A stretch of 64,000 bases of DNA from Lytechinus pictus (GCF_037042905.1 NC_087256.1:10230001-10294000), one strand, 5' to 3'. Shown: positions 37,201 to 50,724, numbered from the stretch's first letter. Numbers and translations: made by a program. The notes: a model not told the origin generated them from the letters alone.

Positions 37201-40137
37201 AGGAATGAAAGAAGGGAGGATAGAAGGAATGAGTAACATGACTGATTAAGTGATGTATTCCCCTCGCCCTCTCATGATTAATCGTCTATGTTTCTACACA
37301 TCTTTTGAATCTAAACCGTTCAATTCATAGGCCCGTCAAATTGGTATCTCATTTGGCTGAAATTACAGTGAAGGGCGGGTCACTCTGCTCCTTTCACTCC
37401 CAATAAAATGACCCCACCACTACTATACATTTAATTGATAACTTAGGGTATTCTCTCCCCGGTATAATTTCTAAGAGATAATACTGGTGTCCGTCACTGA
37501 ATCGTGCCACGTAGTTCAGTCAAAATTGGGGTAGCTTTCGAGGCCAATTTGTTTTTTATCAAATTAGTTCTTGAATTCATAATGCATTTAGGAAAGATTA
37601 TCACCTTTACCCTGTAAGCCCCATAGATTTGCCCCCGTACGAAAAATAGAGAATTTTAGGGGTCTTGTATTCGGATCAAGTCAAACCCCTATTGACAGAA
37701 TGAATTGATCGTTCGCACGTGCTCTCTTTCATACATTAACACTCTCCTTTATTGTGACTATTCTACTTTAAGCCCAAGATCGATCTGAAACCATGTTAAG
37801 TGAAAATCAATCGTTTTAAGTGTATGCGGGAAATTTGTGAGTAGAATATACAAACTACCTTACAGACCTCATAAGGAAGTCATTCCAAGCCCAAATAGTT
37901 GATATTGTACTCCTAGGAAATGTGTTGATAAACTGTTATCCTTATATGGATATTGATTTTATGAGACATTATGATTATGTCAAGATGTCTTCTTATTTTC
38001 ATTTTTAATCATTTTTTCCATGTTGTACGTCACAAACACACTTATATACCTCAAATACTCAAGAGAATAATATGAATAGACATGATAGTAAATTCAATTC
38101 ATTTTTTTTAGAGCGCTAGTATCGTGATTATATCTTTAATGGACAATTAAAAAAAATGTTTTCGATTGACCCACTCTTGCAGTACAATTTAAATGAAAGA
38201 AAATATGACATTGATATTGTATCACGATTGTTGATTAGAAAAGCGATTGAAAGCTGAGACTAGTATAAAGAATCGGAAAGGCTGAATCGCTTTCATCATT
38301 GTATACATCAAAAGGATCCTTCTCTTGGAAACAGTGTCTTAAATACTCTTTAAGAAATAAACTGACTCCAAAAGAAAATATCATTTCTCTATGTGATAAG
38401 CAAGCAGTTCATTTGGATTTCCTCGTGGATTATAACGGAAACTATAATGATTGTATGCCACTAAATTCAACCAGTTGACATTATTAACTTTTATGTTATC
38501 TTCAAGACTTGTGACTAGTGATTCATCTTTTCGAAACAATTACATTCTGGGTGAGAAAGAAATTGGTGAGTAAACATGATAAAGTGAACATGATTATTTT
38601 TATTCATTCGACCTGAAGTAAAACAGCTGAAAATTATGAATCAGTGTTCGAACTTAATGAGAATATATATCCACAACATTACGAAAGATAATAACCATCT
38701 TCACAAGGTGTTTCAGTATTAAATAGGAGTGATTCGATTATGACGAGGAGTTTGGTACAGACTGCAAACTCAAGACATTTTATGAAATAATTATAAAAGA
38801 TAGGGCAAATTGAGGTCTTAATTGATTTTAAGGTATTTATTTCACCATTAACTCCCCCTCCCCCCCAAAAAAAAATGTTTAAGCATAAGAAGGCATTGCA
38901 AAAAAGAGCAGATTCTGTATCATCATTATTAGTATCATTGATATCGTTATCATTATTAGTAGTATAANNNNNNNNNNNNNNNNNNNNNNNNNNNNNNNNN
39001 NNNNNNNNNNNNNNNNNNNNNNNNNNNNNNNNNNNNNNNNNNNNNNNNNNNNNNNNNNNNNNNNNNNNNNNNNNNNNNNNNNNNNNNNNNNNNNNNNNNN
39101 NNNNTATCTATATATTTCTCTAATTGATACAATTTTAAACACTCAGATAATCACCTAACGAACACAAATGAAGGCAATTAGACTTACGTTTTGAATCCGA
39201 GACCTATTTCATGTCCTATAGTTCTGGGCGCCTCTTAAAGCTATTCTGGTTGTTTCTATATCAATCTCTTTCTAAATATTCTTATCTACTCTATTTGCTC
39301 CATGCTTATCATGTTTCACCCGATGTTTCTTTTGTTGTCATGTTAATTAAGCAACGGTCTCAACTAGCCTATGACCATGATAAATAGCAGTTTACCTTGT
39401 TGGGATTAAAATAAGGCTAATAGAAGTGACCCACAAGCACTTTGCCCCTATCCGCTGGCAAAAATAAACAAATTTACTCGAGTAATGGTCTCAAATTAGT
39501 TTTAAAATGAAGTGATTATATCATTGTAAGATCGGCTGGTCTGCTGGCTCTGCATAGAAAAGGAAAGAATCAGGAATACTCAAAATGGTATGTCTTGAAA
39601 ATTTCATTTATTTCTATTTCATTTAGGCCTATCATTATTTTGATGTGTTTGACCTGTTTTGTTTTATTTTGCTGAAAAAAGGTTAGTCTTATATTCATCA
39701 CCGCTTGCAGTTTTTTATCCATTGTGCCTTTTTTTCAATCAATAATGACTTGTAAGGTTGTGACATACGAACTATGTTACAATCTATTCAAAATGTTATA
39801 TTGGATCACTATTGAAGTGATAAACCTCAACCTGATTGATTTCTGAGGATGAAGTTTATCATAAAAATATCAATTGACTTTACAATATTGAAATAAGAAT
39901 CACCACGTATGATTATTGTTTTTTCTACCGATGTTATAAGCCATTTTAGATTTATGATTTTAGAATCATGACGGGAATCATGATCAGACATGGAATTTGA
40001 TTCTTATACTGGCGTAACTATAGAAACATGAGAGATGGGACAGTTTTTTTTTTTTATCTGAAAAGGAGAGTCGACCATTAAGTTGTCAATGATCAATGCC
40101 GATGTCTTCCTTCTTTTTTTCACAGAGTGCAAGAAGA

Positions 40138-40191
40138 ATGGGAGACCGACGTGCCAGTAGGCGCATGTCTATGGCGAGTTTTGGGAGAGTG
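40138..40191 (+). CDS. CABCOCO1: Probable alternative first coding exon of CABCOCO1 (MGDRRASRRMSMASFGRV)
   Basis: Strong poly-Y/CAG acceptor at 40125, ATG at 40138, GTGAG donor at 40192. A GC-rich island in AT-rich DNA. Confidence 0.6.
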
Positions 40192-40912
40192 GTGAGATAC
40201 AGTATTTTATTATTGTCCTATTCAAACAACACTATTCTATGGCCAGGTTGATATGAATCAGGGTAGATTCTTCTAAAAAGAACATTTTTCAAATTATATC
40301 AGATGAATCTGAAAAAAACATAAGGGGGTAATTGGCATTATTTTTAATTTCAGGGTTTTATCATACATAGATGTATGAATTTCTTGGGTTTTTTTGGAAG
40401 TCAAATTGCTGATAATGAGTCGAAATTGTTATAATATGATGATATGTTTTCAAAGTTTAAATAATTTCTGTTTTATGTCCATTACAAAGAATGTCACACT
40501 GTTTGACTCCTGTAAAGGGAAGATTATGGGAAAATGATATTTAACAAAAGTGGTCTATGAAAGGACTTGTCGGGATGTTTTATTCGATAAAGTCTAAAGC
40601 CTGAGACAATTACCATAGTATAATGCTTCTCAATCAATAAAAATCAAGGAAAATTATCAAATCTGACAACTTGTCAGACAATAGATGCAGATGTTGATGA
40701 AACGATCCCCTTTTACTTATTCATAAAAGTTATTCAAGTAGTTTTGTTGTGAAGGTTTATTATACTTAACAATGAAAACAAAATCAAAATGCCTGATTAG
40801 TTCCCCCCGATTTGGGAAACATGTGGAGCCTGTTGCATAAAAGAAAAAAAAAATCATTTTGTTTGCCAGAGTAATTGATTATTTATCAGAGTTTTTAAGG
40901 CACACTTTTTAT

Positions 40913-41493
40913 CCGGGGGGGGGGGGCTTCCATTGATGAGTGGATATCAGGCGCGACCATGGGGTTTCGAAAAGCACCCTAAACAATTATTTCCCATATT
41001 CTGAAAATGCAACCCTAAAACAAGTATCTGTGTGAAACCCCGATACCCTTAACAAATATTGGACATAAAACGGTACCCTTGACAATATTCCCTGAATTGA
41101 CCCCCTAAACAAGTACAGCGATATTTTAATTTCATGTCACGGACGTGATCACGGACGTCGGCTTCACCTTTACTTAAATTGGGTTTAGTACCGCCCCACC
41201 TTCCATGCACATGCACCTCGCTCAAATCGGACTCTAGGCACGTAGTGATGGGGCAATAAGTACATCCTTTAAACATTTAGTCTTATTTATACCTTCGCAA
41301 ATTTGACCGTAAACACGTAGCTTTAGTATAGCAAAAAATATACCCTTTTCAGTTTAGTGTTTTTAACACCCTTATACTTTACGTACGTATAACGTGCCCG
41401 ATCTTGGAAAAAAAAAAGAGATCCTTTTTACGCGTTTCTTTGGTCGCGCCTAGTATCCACCCCTATCCACTCGTCAATGGAAGTGCCCCCGGG
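40913..41493. mobile_element. EnSpm-like MITE (CCG/poly-G termini)
   Basis: ccgggg..cttccattgatgagtggata / tatccactcgtcaatggaagtgcccccggg inverted ends. Confidence 0.65.
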
Positions 41494-42287
41494 AGTGCCC
41501 CCCGGGGGGGGGGGTTGCAACAGGCCCATGTTTCTGCTCAGTTAATTTTACCACATATACTTATTGTCGATTTTTAGATGGACTTTGCCCCATGTCCCTC
41601 GTCTATTTATATACTTTTAAGAATTTTTCAACGCAGCGTTTTAGGTTGTTATAATAAAGACTTTTGAACAGCCGGATCAAAGTCTGTTTATCGGAAATCT
41701 ACTATGAGTTTTGTATTTAGCTATTGTACATTATTAACTGGTCGTGAGCTTTGTGGTAGAAATATAATTCCGATGAGCTGACCATACTGGCCCTAGCATG
41801 AAAAATATTGATTGACACGTCAACTGATTTTGATTATAAGAAAAAATGATAAGGTTTTAGAGTTCAATCAACAAACATGATCGAGTGTTGAAAATATTTG
41901 AAAACCATGGAAGTACATTATTGGCCAATATTTTTCTTAAAAAATGAATTGAACAAAGGGGAAAACGACCAAAAAATCAATCATTTCGTGAACTTCAACA
42001 CAGCTGAACTTACATTATCGTATAGAGATAAAATATAAATTCATACATGTATAGCAATAATACATAGGCTTACCTCTTTATCCTTGAGCGATTTATGTTA
42101 ATGGCTTACAAAATAACGACAGTCAGTGGCAATTAGTGGTTAAGAAGTACCGAGGTGAATTTTAGGAAGAACAGCTAAGAGCTTTTTCGTTTGCTGGCGG
42201 GGTAGAACCCAGGGACCTGACCCATTGGATCAGTCGGCCGGGACATGGACCTTTGACAGTTGATTAATCCTTTTTTCTATGTACCAG

Positions 42288-42359
42288 GATACTGAAGTAA
42301 AGCGTCAGAGTCGTCGTGGATCCGTCGCCTCAACATCACCAGACGAAATCACTAAACTA
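42288..42359 (+). CDS. CABCOCO1: Probable alternative second coding exon of CABCOCO1 (DTEVKRQSRRGSVASTSPDEITKL)
   Basis: Poly-Y/CAG acceptor and GTACGT donor, phase 0-0. Compatible with the exon starting at 47583. Confidence 0.6.
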
Positions 42360-42685
42360 GTACGTCATCCAAGCATTCTTAAAACTTATCTTTATTTTTT
42401 TATTTATTATTTTTAATAGAATTGTACCCTTAAAAACATAATTGTTCCAAAGAGTACGAGTATCTCTTGAGAATGATAAAGCTAGGCCCCAGTGACAGGG
42501 GCACTGCATGGCACCCCACCTCCAAACTATTGTTTTTTAAGGTTTAGCGGGGTAGTCGTTGTCTATACGACTCTCGTCTTTCAATCAGAGGGACGTGGGT
42601 TGATTTCCTGCCATGGCGTGTGTTCCTGCTGCAAGAAATTTACCCACATTGTGCTGCACTCAACCCAGGTGAGGTATCATGATGG

Positions 42686-44307
42686 CAGGCGCGTAGCCAG
42701 GGGGGGGGCGGTGGGGGCGGTCGCCCCCCCCCAAAAAAACGTCCCCAAAAAGAAAAAAAAAGAAGGGAAAAAAAGAGAGGAAAAAAGGAAAAGGGAAGGG
42801 AGGAAAGGGAAGAAAGGTAGCTTTGTCGTTTTTTTTTTCTTTTTATTCTTTATTTTTTTTCTCAAAAGAGAAACTCCTTCACTCTTGCTCTAAATTTATA
42901 TATGAATTTTGCTTCCGCGCTGCGCGCGGTTAAATGACAATATTGAAGTTCTCCATTGTTTCCTCCACCCTTTCTCTAACCCTGCTTTCCACCTCAGCTA
43001 TATGTGTTTATTGCCATTTAAAGTTCAAATATCAGTATACATTATGGCATGGAATTAGAGTAAGGTTAGGCCGAAGTATATGAAGTTTCTTTTCTTTTTT
43101 TTTTTTGATCGCGCAACTTCTGGTCGGGTCGGCTCCAGGCGGGTAAAATCTTTATATCAATTTCTGCCGTCACCTCCATAAAGTCAACTTCTCCCGCTTT
43201 TCAGCTCTTTACTAAACAATCATAATTTGCGGCAAACAGGTTCCTAATTTAAAAAGAGGAATGTATAAAATTCGTGTCGTATTGAATAAAAAAGTACAAT
43301 ATTTTTTTTCAAATTCTATTAATCTTCATGTTATTTCCCTGCACATTCATCTCCTGTCCTGTTTTGCGCCCTCAGTTTGAAATTTTGAATGACACTCAGG
43401 GGCCGCGGAACGGTTTTCAAAGTGGGGGGCTGACCATGCAAAAAATCACAATCTTATGGTCATTTTTACGTTTTTGTACACGGTTTTGGAAAAAAGTGGG
43501 GGGGGGCTGAAGCCCCCCAGCCCCCCCCCCCGCTTCTGCGGCTCCTGACACTTAGGTTTCTTTATAATTCAAAATGAAGCGCTTCAGGATAAGTCAAAGA
43601 AATTAGGCATCCTTTTTTTATATAATTTCAATAAATCACTGAAGTTTCAACTTTTTGCGCACTATTTTCCTTGTAATGAAGTTCAATAATCTTAGGAAAT
43701 CAATTGAATTAGAGCCGATGGGGTATTAAAGATATCTGCATTTGATGAAACGTCCGCCCTTTGAAATTTCAGAGTTTTATTGCTCTGCGCGGGGAGGAAT
43801 ATCTTCCTCCCGGCATATACACTTCTTCTCCTCTGTTTTGCGAGTTAAAGATATATGCACTGTCGCTAAATTGTTTGTATTCAAATCTGATCTTTCCAAG
43901 GGAAGTATTCAATATATCTTTGAGAATACCCTTTTCTCGGGACCCTTTTCATGGCAAAAAAATTGATAAAACGCTTTAGCTTCCGCGCTTCGCGCGGGGT
44001 TATTATGATTTTAATTTCTTCCATTGTATTCCTTTTTGTGCGTTCACAATCACTTTTGAAAACAAGGTTCAAAATCACAATATAGTCAACTGAATTGGAG
44101 CTGATATAGGTACTAGAGTCAGAGAGACGGCTCCTTTTTCATTTTAATTTATGAAACACCAAAAGCTTCGCGCTTCGCGCGGGAGGGGGAAACTCCCCCT
44201 CCCTGCACCCACCCCCTAGGGAGCGCGCTTCGCGCGCTCTGTAAGTGTTGGCACGCTTCGCGTGCATTTACCGCCCCCTCCAAAATGAAATCCTGGCTAC
44301 GCGGTTG
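42686..44307. mobile_element. hAT-like non-autonomous element, 8-bp TSD
   Basis: TIR caggcgcgtagccagg / cctggctacgcggttg. TSD catgatgg at 42678-42685 and 44308-44315. Confidence 0.85.
43397..43547. mobile_element. Small CAGG..CCTG MITE nested in the hAT element, 5-bp TSD
   Basis: caggggccgcggaa / ttctgcggctcctg, with acact on both sides. Confidence 0.7.
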
Positions 44308-45310
44308 CATGATGGGTACCTGGCCGGAATTTATTCCTTAATGAAGCGCTTGAGCGCGACCGTAAGAGCTTCTTTGCTAAAGCCAGGGTAATTATTTTGC
44401 ATTATTGTAGAGCGCTATAGAGATTTTTGATATAAAGTAAGTCAAGCGTTATAGGATTAAAGCAAGTATAATTGTTATTATTATTATCATTATTATTATT
44501 ATTTTCACGTATTACAATAATCTCTTTTCTCACTTTTCTTCCCAATGCAGCTTTCTCAGCAACGCAAGACCAAAAAGGTAGTAAAATTAACTCATAACAA
44601 CATTGCTCACTGCGGGGCACTGTATAGATAAGAAAATTTAAAGATTTCCTAAAATAAAAACTTGGGGAATATGGCAGAAGGGAAGAGTGGTTCATTTGAT
44701 TCATACAGGCAATAAACAAAGAAAGTGAGAGGGATAAATGCTTGGGGGACCCGCCTTGCCTGAAACTATATCTTTCATATATATTCTACGAGCAAGCGTC
44801 GCAAAAAAAGAGAATCTATTATAATCGAACATGTTAACTGATCGATGCCGTTATTTGAAATATTAACAATAAACAAAAAAATAAATAAGTGAATGATAAA
44901 TTATAGGTCTAGAAAAATGTAATAAAAATGTAAATAAAATTAACAAATCAATAGATAGATAAACAATGAAAACATAGTTGACAAATTATAATCATTTAGA
45001 ATGTTATAATCTATCTCATATGACATAAATCAATTAAATTGATCATGTTCTGGTATCCTGACAGTGTCCATGACCTGCTAGTGGCGCGCGAATCCGGGGC
45101 ACGTGTCAGATTCTAAATTACAGAGAGCCGCGAATAATTTTTTTTTTAAAACAAACAAGTGCACACTTAGTTACCAATAATGCATATAGCATTTCCAATT
45201 ATTTGAAAGAAGGATAAAAGAACATTGTATATTAAATGCCTTGCTCACGGGCATAGGTGCCGCGGCCGGGGATCGAACCCCGGACATTTTATGTATAGCC
45301 AGGCGCCTTA

Positions 45311-45721
45311 AGGCCACCGCACACCTTACGACTGTTCGCCATCCGATTTTGGAACAAGTTGCATTTTGCTCATTTTCTGAAAATGTGAATGGAACATATC
45401 ATTTCATTTGAGGTTAAAATTAATTAAAAGAATACTAATATAACCATTTTGAAAGTTTGCAAGCCTTTATTTTGGAGTAAAGGCCAAGTTAGTTTCAAAT
45501 CGTAGCCAATCGTACGACTGATATGACGTCATTACGACCAGATATTAAATTCGCTTTTATTCTAAGAAGGATGATAGCAAAGTCACATATTTGAACATAG
45601 GTATTCTTACGATGATTTAGAATATTACACGGTATGATATTTCAAGTCTCAATATTAGCATCAAATTCTATTACATTTTATTCCGAAATCGGGTCGCAGA
45701 CCAATCGTAAGGCGGTCGCCT
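45311..45721. mobile_element. Harbinger-like MITE inserted into a minus-strand tRNA-SINE head (about 45200-45750)
   Basis: ggccaccgcacaccttacgac / atcgtaaggcggtcgcc ends. The flanks rejoin as gccgtggccgagtggtcta..ggttcgatccc. Confidence 0.5.
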
Positions 45722-45912
45722 CTATAGACCACTCGGCCACGGCACCTCCATAATTAAGATCTCGTAGAAAACAAGGCCCTATATTAGTATACATCTCTAT
45801 GGGCCCTATATATATATATAAACATATATATATAGGGCCTTGGTAGAAAATTTATAGCGCCAGCTTGCGTCAAACTTAACTAGCCAAAAAAAAAATAAAA
45901 AAAACTGCGTCT

Positions 45913-45926
45913 ATCGCCGTAGCAAC
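45913..45926 (+). promoter_or_regulatory. RFX X-box-like site
   Basis: atcgccgtagcaac has a perfect RGYAAC half-site and lies 8 bp upstream of the ATG of a ciliary gene. Confidence 0.6.
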
Positions 45927-45933
45927 GATTACG

Positions 45934-46035
45934 ATGTCGTCCAGAAAAGGGAAAGGCAAAACGTCTCAAATATTGATTCAACCAACTGGTAAAGGGCCAG
46001 ATGCTTACAAAGATGTAGACTGGAAAACCATGAAT
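45934..46035 (+). CDS. CABCOCO1: Ciliary-associated calcium-binding coiled-coil protein 1 (C10orf107, CLAMP-domain family), coding exon 1 of 8
   Basis: MSSRKGKGK..DWKTMN, GTAAG donor. The 8 exons join in frame to 969 nt (322 aa). Confidence 0.78.
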
Positions 46036-46307
46036 GTAAGAAAAGTGATATGAGGATTATTGGTTTGAAATTTGCCCCGGGGTTTGACGTAATTAATCGG
46101 GCCGGATTTATTTTTTATGAACAGTCCCATCTATTGCGTTGTATGTAAGACAGTATCACAGACACAGAATTGCAGAAATAGTTTCAAATAGGCCTCTGCC
46201 CTTTTTTGCGGTCGACAATCGAAAATATAAAAGCAATAAAAACATAAAAAGCTTCCGCTGACAAAGATTACTGTCTGAATAGGAACTAGACCTGATCTAC
46301 TTTCTAG

Positions 46308-46766
46308 TAGACGGCTGGCAGCCGTCTGTTTCGAGGAGTTTTAACATTAAAAAAAAAAAAATTCCTCCTTCACAGATGGCTCGCTATCGTGCAGCCACCA
46401 TTCGGGGACTTACAATGCAAAATCCCCCCGTCGGGGCTCTTCAATTTTTGTCTTCAATGAATCAAATTTTTGAAATTTAACCGAAATGCAAATTAATATT
46501 CCCTCTTGGCATTAATTGCCAAAAAAACGGGGAAAATCAAGTTAAATTAAGGAACAAAAACAGTGACTTAGTTTACCTCGGCTGTCGCGCAACTTCACTG
46601 CCCTGTTTTATCCGAAATTAATACACATAAACATATGGCCATTGAGTCCCCTGTACAGATCGCGCCAAAACTTCGGTCTCTGTAAAGACTGTATTTGGTG
46701 AGTACGGTATTGCCAACGGAGTTCAGCTGAACAACCAACATAACAGAGACCGAAGCTTTTGGTCTA
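46308..46766. mobile_element. TAGAC..GTCTA family, copy C3, 9-bp TSD
   Basis: TSD actttctag at 46299-46307 and 46767-46775. Confidence 0.9.
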
Positions 46767-46821
46767 ACTTTCTAGATACTATTTCTAAATACTCTAATTT
46801 TAGCAAAAAGGAGGCAGCGTA

Positions 46822-47200
46822 GTCGGCGTAGCTCAGTCGGTTAGAGCGTTTCAGATTGTAGATCTCAATGTGAGGGGTTCGAGTCCTGCTTATGCCGAAA
46901 CGCGTCTGACAAAAAATCTGATGCTAGCCTATACTATAGCGTCGTGTGAGTGTTAGCGTGCCTCACCTCTGTATTCAGTGCAGGTGTGAATGCAGTTGGA
47001 AAACACTCCGTCCATCGGAAAGGATGCAAATATTGGTCCCGTGTATAGGAGAGTCACAACCTATGGACGTTAAAACCAATACACTATTAGTCAAAGAGTA
47101 GGGTGATCACCCGATGTATTGCACTTGCCGGTCCCGGCAAAATTCAGGTCAAGTCAATCTTGACGTTCATATGCCATAATAATCAATATAATGATTGTGG
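46822..47200 (+). mobile_element. SINE with tRNA(Tyr)-like head and Meta-domain-like core
   Basis: A box tagctcagtcggttagagc, a GTA loop and B box ggttcgagtcc. Core ..cggaaaggatg..ggtcccgtgt..gacgttaaa..aagagtagggg. Confidence 0.6.
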
Positions 47201-47582
47201 GCATTAACGGAAAGACAAGACAAGACGACCCTATAAACTTTCATATACCTAATGCATATGAATTGAAGGGGTAAAAAATATGATAGTATGAAAAATGAGA
47301 GGTTTCTTACCAGACAGATCTCGTGTAGATCCCTCGATCCATTTGTAAACACCACCAATACAATAGGCGTGACCCTTGAACCGCTTCGATGAGCTATGTT
47401 ACGAAGTGCCGTTTTGAAGAATTCATAGATTAAAATTATCTATTAGATAATGAAATTTGTATATTGATTGTAAACAATTATTATTTTATAATAAGTGCTG
47501 TGGTACTAGATACTGCATGGCAAATGAACGTTTTACAGTAATTATGTTGCATTTTACTGGTTATTATCTGTTTATATCTTAG

Positions 47583-47689
47583 GATGAAGAAGCCAAGGCT
47601 GTGGAGAAAGAGCAATCATTGGCATGGAAGGTTCTCACCAACTCACAAGTCCAATCATTATTGGCATTAGAAATAGAAGATGTTGAAAA
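47583..47689 (+). CDS. CABCOCO1: CABCOCO1 coding exon 2
   Basis: DEEAKAVEKEQSLAWKVLTNSQVQSLL... AG..GT, phase 0-2. Confidence 0.85.
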
Positions 47690-48385
47690 GTAAGAATTTT
47701 TGGTCTTATTTTTTTTGTAAAATTGGGAGGAAGTCCTTAAATGTCTGTTTACAATATAATATTATTGTGCAGATGATTGGAAACTACTACTATTACTTTT
47801 ATTGATGAAAGTGTTGTTATTATTATCATTATTTTTGTTCTGGTTTTATTTTCTGGTCTTATTTTTATTTTTATTTGTTGATTTGTTGATATTTTTATTA
47901 TTCATTTCTTATGTTATTTATTTAATTTCATTTATTTATTTATTCATTTATACATTATTATTATTATTTTTCTTAATTATTATTATAATTTTTTTTTTTG
48001 GGGGGTATCATTCTTGCTTTTTTTCGTATTACTTCAATGTGTTATATTTGTTATTCATTGACAGTCTTCCATTCATTCAATTAATTCTCAACATGTCCCT
48101 GTCAAGGATTAAAGTTTTTCATCTCAAAGATTTTACAATTATCTGATGTTCCGTTTTACAATGTATTATCCAGAAGTTGGGTTTACGATTACCACATGAA
48201 TACATGTATATAGATTTAATGATTATTCTAATTGTTATTGTATTTAAATGGAATATAATAACCACATATACCACATATGCTACTTGATTATTTTTATTGG
48301 TTTTCAATCTGAATACATTTTTTAGAATTTTGTTATATTGAGTTGATTAATCTGGGAATAAACCTATCCATTAATTTTTTTTTAG

Positions 48386-48555
48386 GTCTTTGTCTGAGAT
48401 CTTGTCACTCTCTGACTTCAAAACAGACTTGAAAGATGCAACTTTATTAGATTACTACACGTCTGCTTTCTGGTGGGCTAAAGAAGAAAACTTTGATGCT
48501 CAGCAGGTCTCGGGGTTCTTTACTGTCGTACATACACTCATGGCAAACATCAAAG
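48386..48555 (+). CDS. CABCOCO1: CABCOCO1 coding exon 3
   Basis: LKDATLLDYYTSAFWWAKEENF resembles the conserved CABCOCO1 core. Confidence 0.9.
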
Positions 48556-48743
48556 GTAATCATTGTGTATTTATATCCAGAATCGTTATTATTAGCATCG
48601 TTGTTGTTTCTTCATTGTGATAATCGTCATTGTTATTTATAATGGAACAAAAATCCAGGCTATGAATTTCATTTTAAGGATAAGGTCACTTTATTAGAGG
48701 CACATCACTATTATTACAGAACAAATGTGGGAGATGAAATGTA

Positions 48744-48975
48744 ATAATAATAATATGTCCATTTATATAGCGCAGTTACTGTGTGCATATACTCAACTGC
48801 GCTTTGATACTTGGTATCATATTATTACCCCGGCTGTAGCTAAGCCGCCATATTAATAGGCACTGGGCGAGTGCAGCACAATGTGGATAAATTTCTTGCC
48901 GAAGGAAATTATGCCATGGCTGGGATTCATACCCACGACCTTCTGTTTCAAAGTCCGGAGACTGGGCCACAACAC
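48744..48975 (-). mobile_element. tRNA-derived SINE, internally deleted copy
   Basis: Same core as 32175-33061. Confidence 0.65.
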
Positions 48976-49336
48976 TCTACAAAATAGGGCACAACAAGTC
49001 TCTGAAGCCAATGAGAGAGAAAATGAGCCAAGTGAAAGTGGCGTCAAAGGCTTGGATTAATGCAATCCCTGACACATAGGTATTGATGAGTGGAATGTCA
49101 GATTTGGTAGTCAACCTTAATGAACTTGATCCAACTACATGTACCTGCAGAGAACTAGGTTTCCCAGATAATGCAGAATGGTGAATTTTGAGTACTTAGA
49201 GAACTTAAAAAAAAAAAAAAAATTAAAATAAATTTATCAGATCCAAGGATCAAGGCATCAGATGATTTAACATTTAGCCATATCTATCAAGTTTTGGTTT
49301 GTAAGAAAAGTTTGGGTTTTACTTCTTTATGAACAG

Positions 49337-49478
49337 ATAATATGACAGCTGCAGAAAATCTGACTGAATTGAGGAAAATGATGGTTGGTATTGGTACCAA
49401 TGTGGATGAAGCTAATGGAGGTTTAGACTTTCTGAGCTTAAAGCAGGCCAAACTCATTACCAGCTTCTTAGAAACTAC
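49337..49478 (+). CDS. CABCOCO1: CABCOCO1 coding exon 4
   Basis: MTAAENLTELRKMMVGIG..LKQAKLITSFLET. Phase 1-2. Confidence 0.88.
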
Positions 49479-50050
49479 GTAAGTTGAGTGAAATTTCACA
49501 CAATATGCTCTTTACAATGATCAATATGTAGATAATTTTTTCTGTAAATGTTTTCATGTCTTTTATATCCACAATAAAAAGACATGAAACAAATAGAAAC
49601 GAGATTTGGTAGGGATATGAAACAGACATTAGGATTCAATGAAACTCTCACAGATAATGATTTATGTCTTTTTGTAAGTTTTGATTTATCTGATATGCAG
49701 TTTTAGCAAATTTCATGAATATTCAATCATGTTGAAATTTCTAGGTCATGTCAATTTTCATATAATTTTTTTTAGTTTATTAAATAGGTTTTTTTCTGAA
49801 ACAATTAGAAATTCCATAATTTTATGAGATAAAAGCTGAATCAAGCTGAATTTGAATAATAAAAGAAATCTAAATTCTTCATTCTTCAGTCAGCATTAGG
49901 ATTCAATGAATTAGTTCTCATCAAATGAGGCAGGTGTTGCCACATATTTTTTTGACGGGCATGATGATATTATAACATATCAATGAAGTTTGTTCACCAT
50001 CTTTTCTAAATCATTGTCACTCTGTCTCTATGCTTTTTTTTGTTTCATAG

Positions 50051-50123
50051 ATTATTCCAGCATTACAGTCTGTATCAGTTCCTTCATCATGGTGAAAGAG
50101 AAGAACAAATAATTTGCACTGAT
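50051..50123 (+). CDS. CABCOCO1: CABCOCO1 coding exon 5
   Basis: LFQHYSLYQFL..REEQII, the CLAMP-family FQHY.LY motif. Confidence 0.9.
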
Positions 50124-50724
50124 GTAAGTTCCGACACATCATATTCTTCGTTAAGAAAAGTACATGTAGATCAAAATGTTCCCATTAATCATTATGATTT
50201 TCAAAATCATATCCTTTGAAAAAAATAGAAAGAAGGTTCTTTAACGAATGCTTGTTAAGGTTTGGCAAAAGGTACAGATCTATGAGTGATGGGAGGTATG
50301 TATACATTGGATAGAGATGATTATTATGACAATAATTGAATCGACAAAGGCATATTGTCAGAATGAAATCCTTGTTTCATCATATTATAAATGCCTGTAA
50401 GTTTAGTGATAACAGTTTTTTTTTCTAATTCAATTCAATTTGGTTTATTAGATATAAAACAGAATACAATGCTGTAGTCCAAAGAATAATTGTGCAATGT
50501 TTACATTGAATGTTATTTACATTTGAAGATTGTATATACACTTAAAAATATTCACATTTAAATGAGAAAGAAGTGATTGATTGAGACATGCATAATAAAG
50601 TGAGATTTTAATAGATAATACCAGCCTGGGATTCTGATAATTGTGTATTAGAAAAACCTGTTTTAAACTTAAAATGATATAACAAAAAGGTCAGAAATAT
50701 AATTCAGATTTGATTTGCATTATG

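Larger units (their letters stand above)
42549..44500 (+). mobile_element. tRNA-derived SINE split by a hAT-like insertion
   Basis: 5' part 42549-42685 and 3' part 44308-44500 rejoin across the insertion. Confidence 0.65.
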
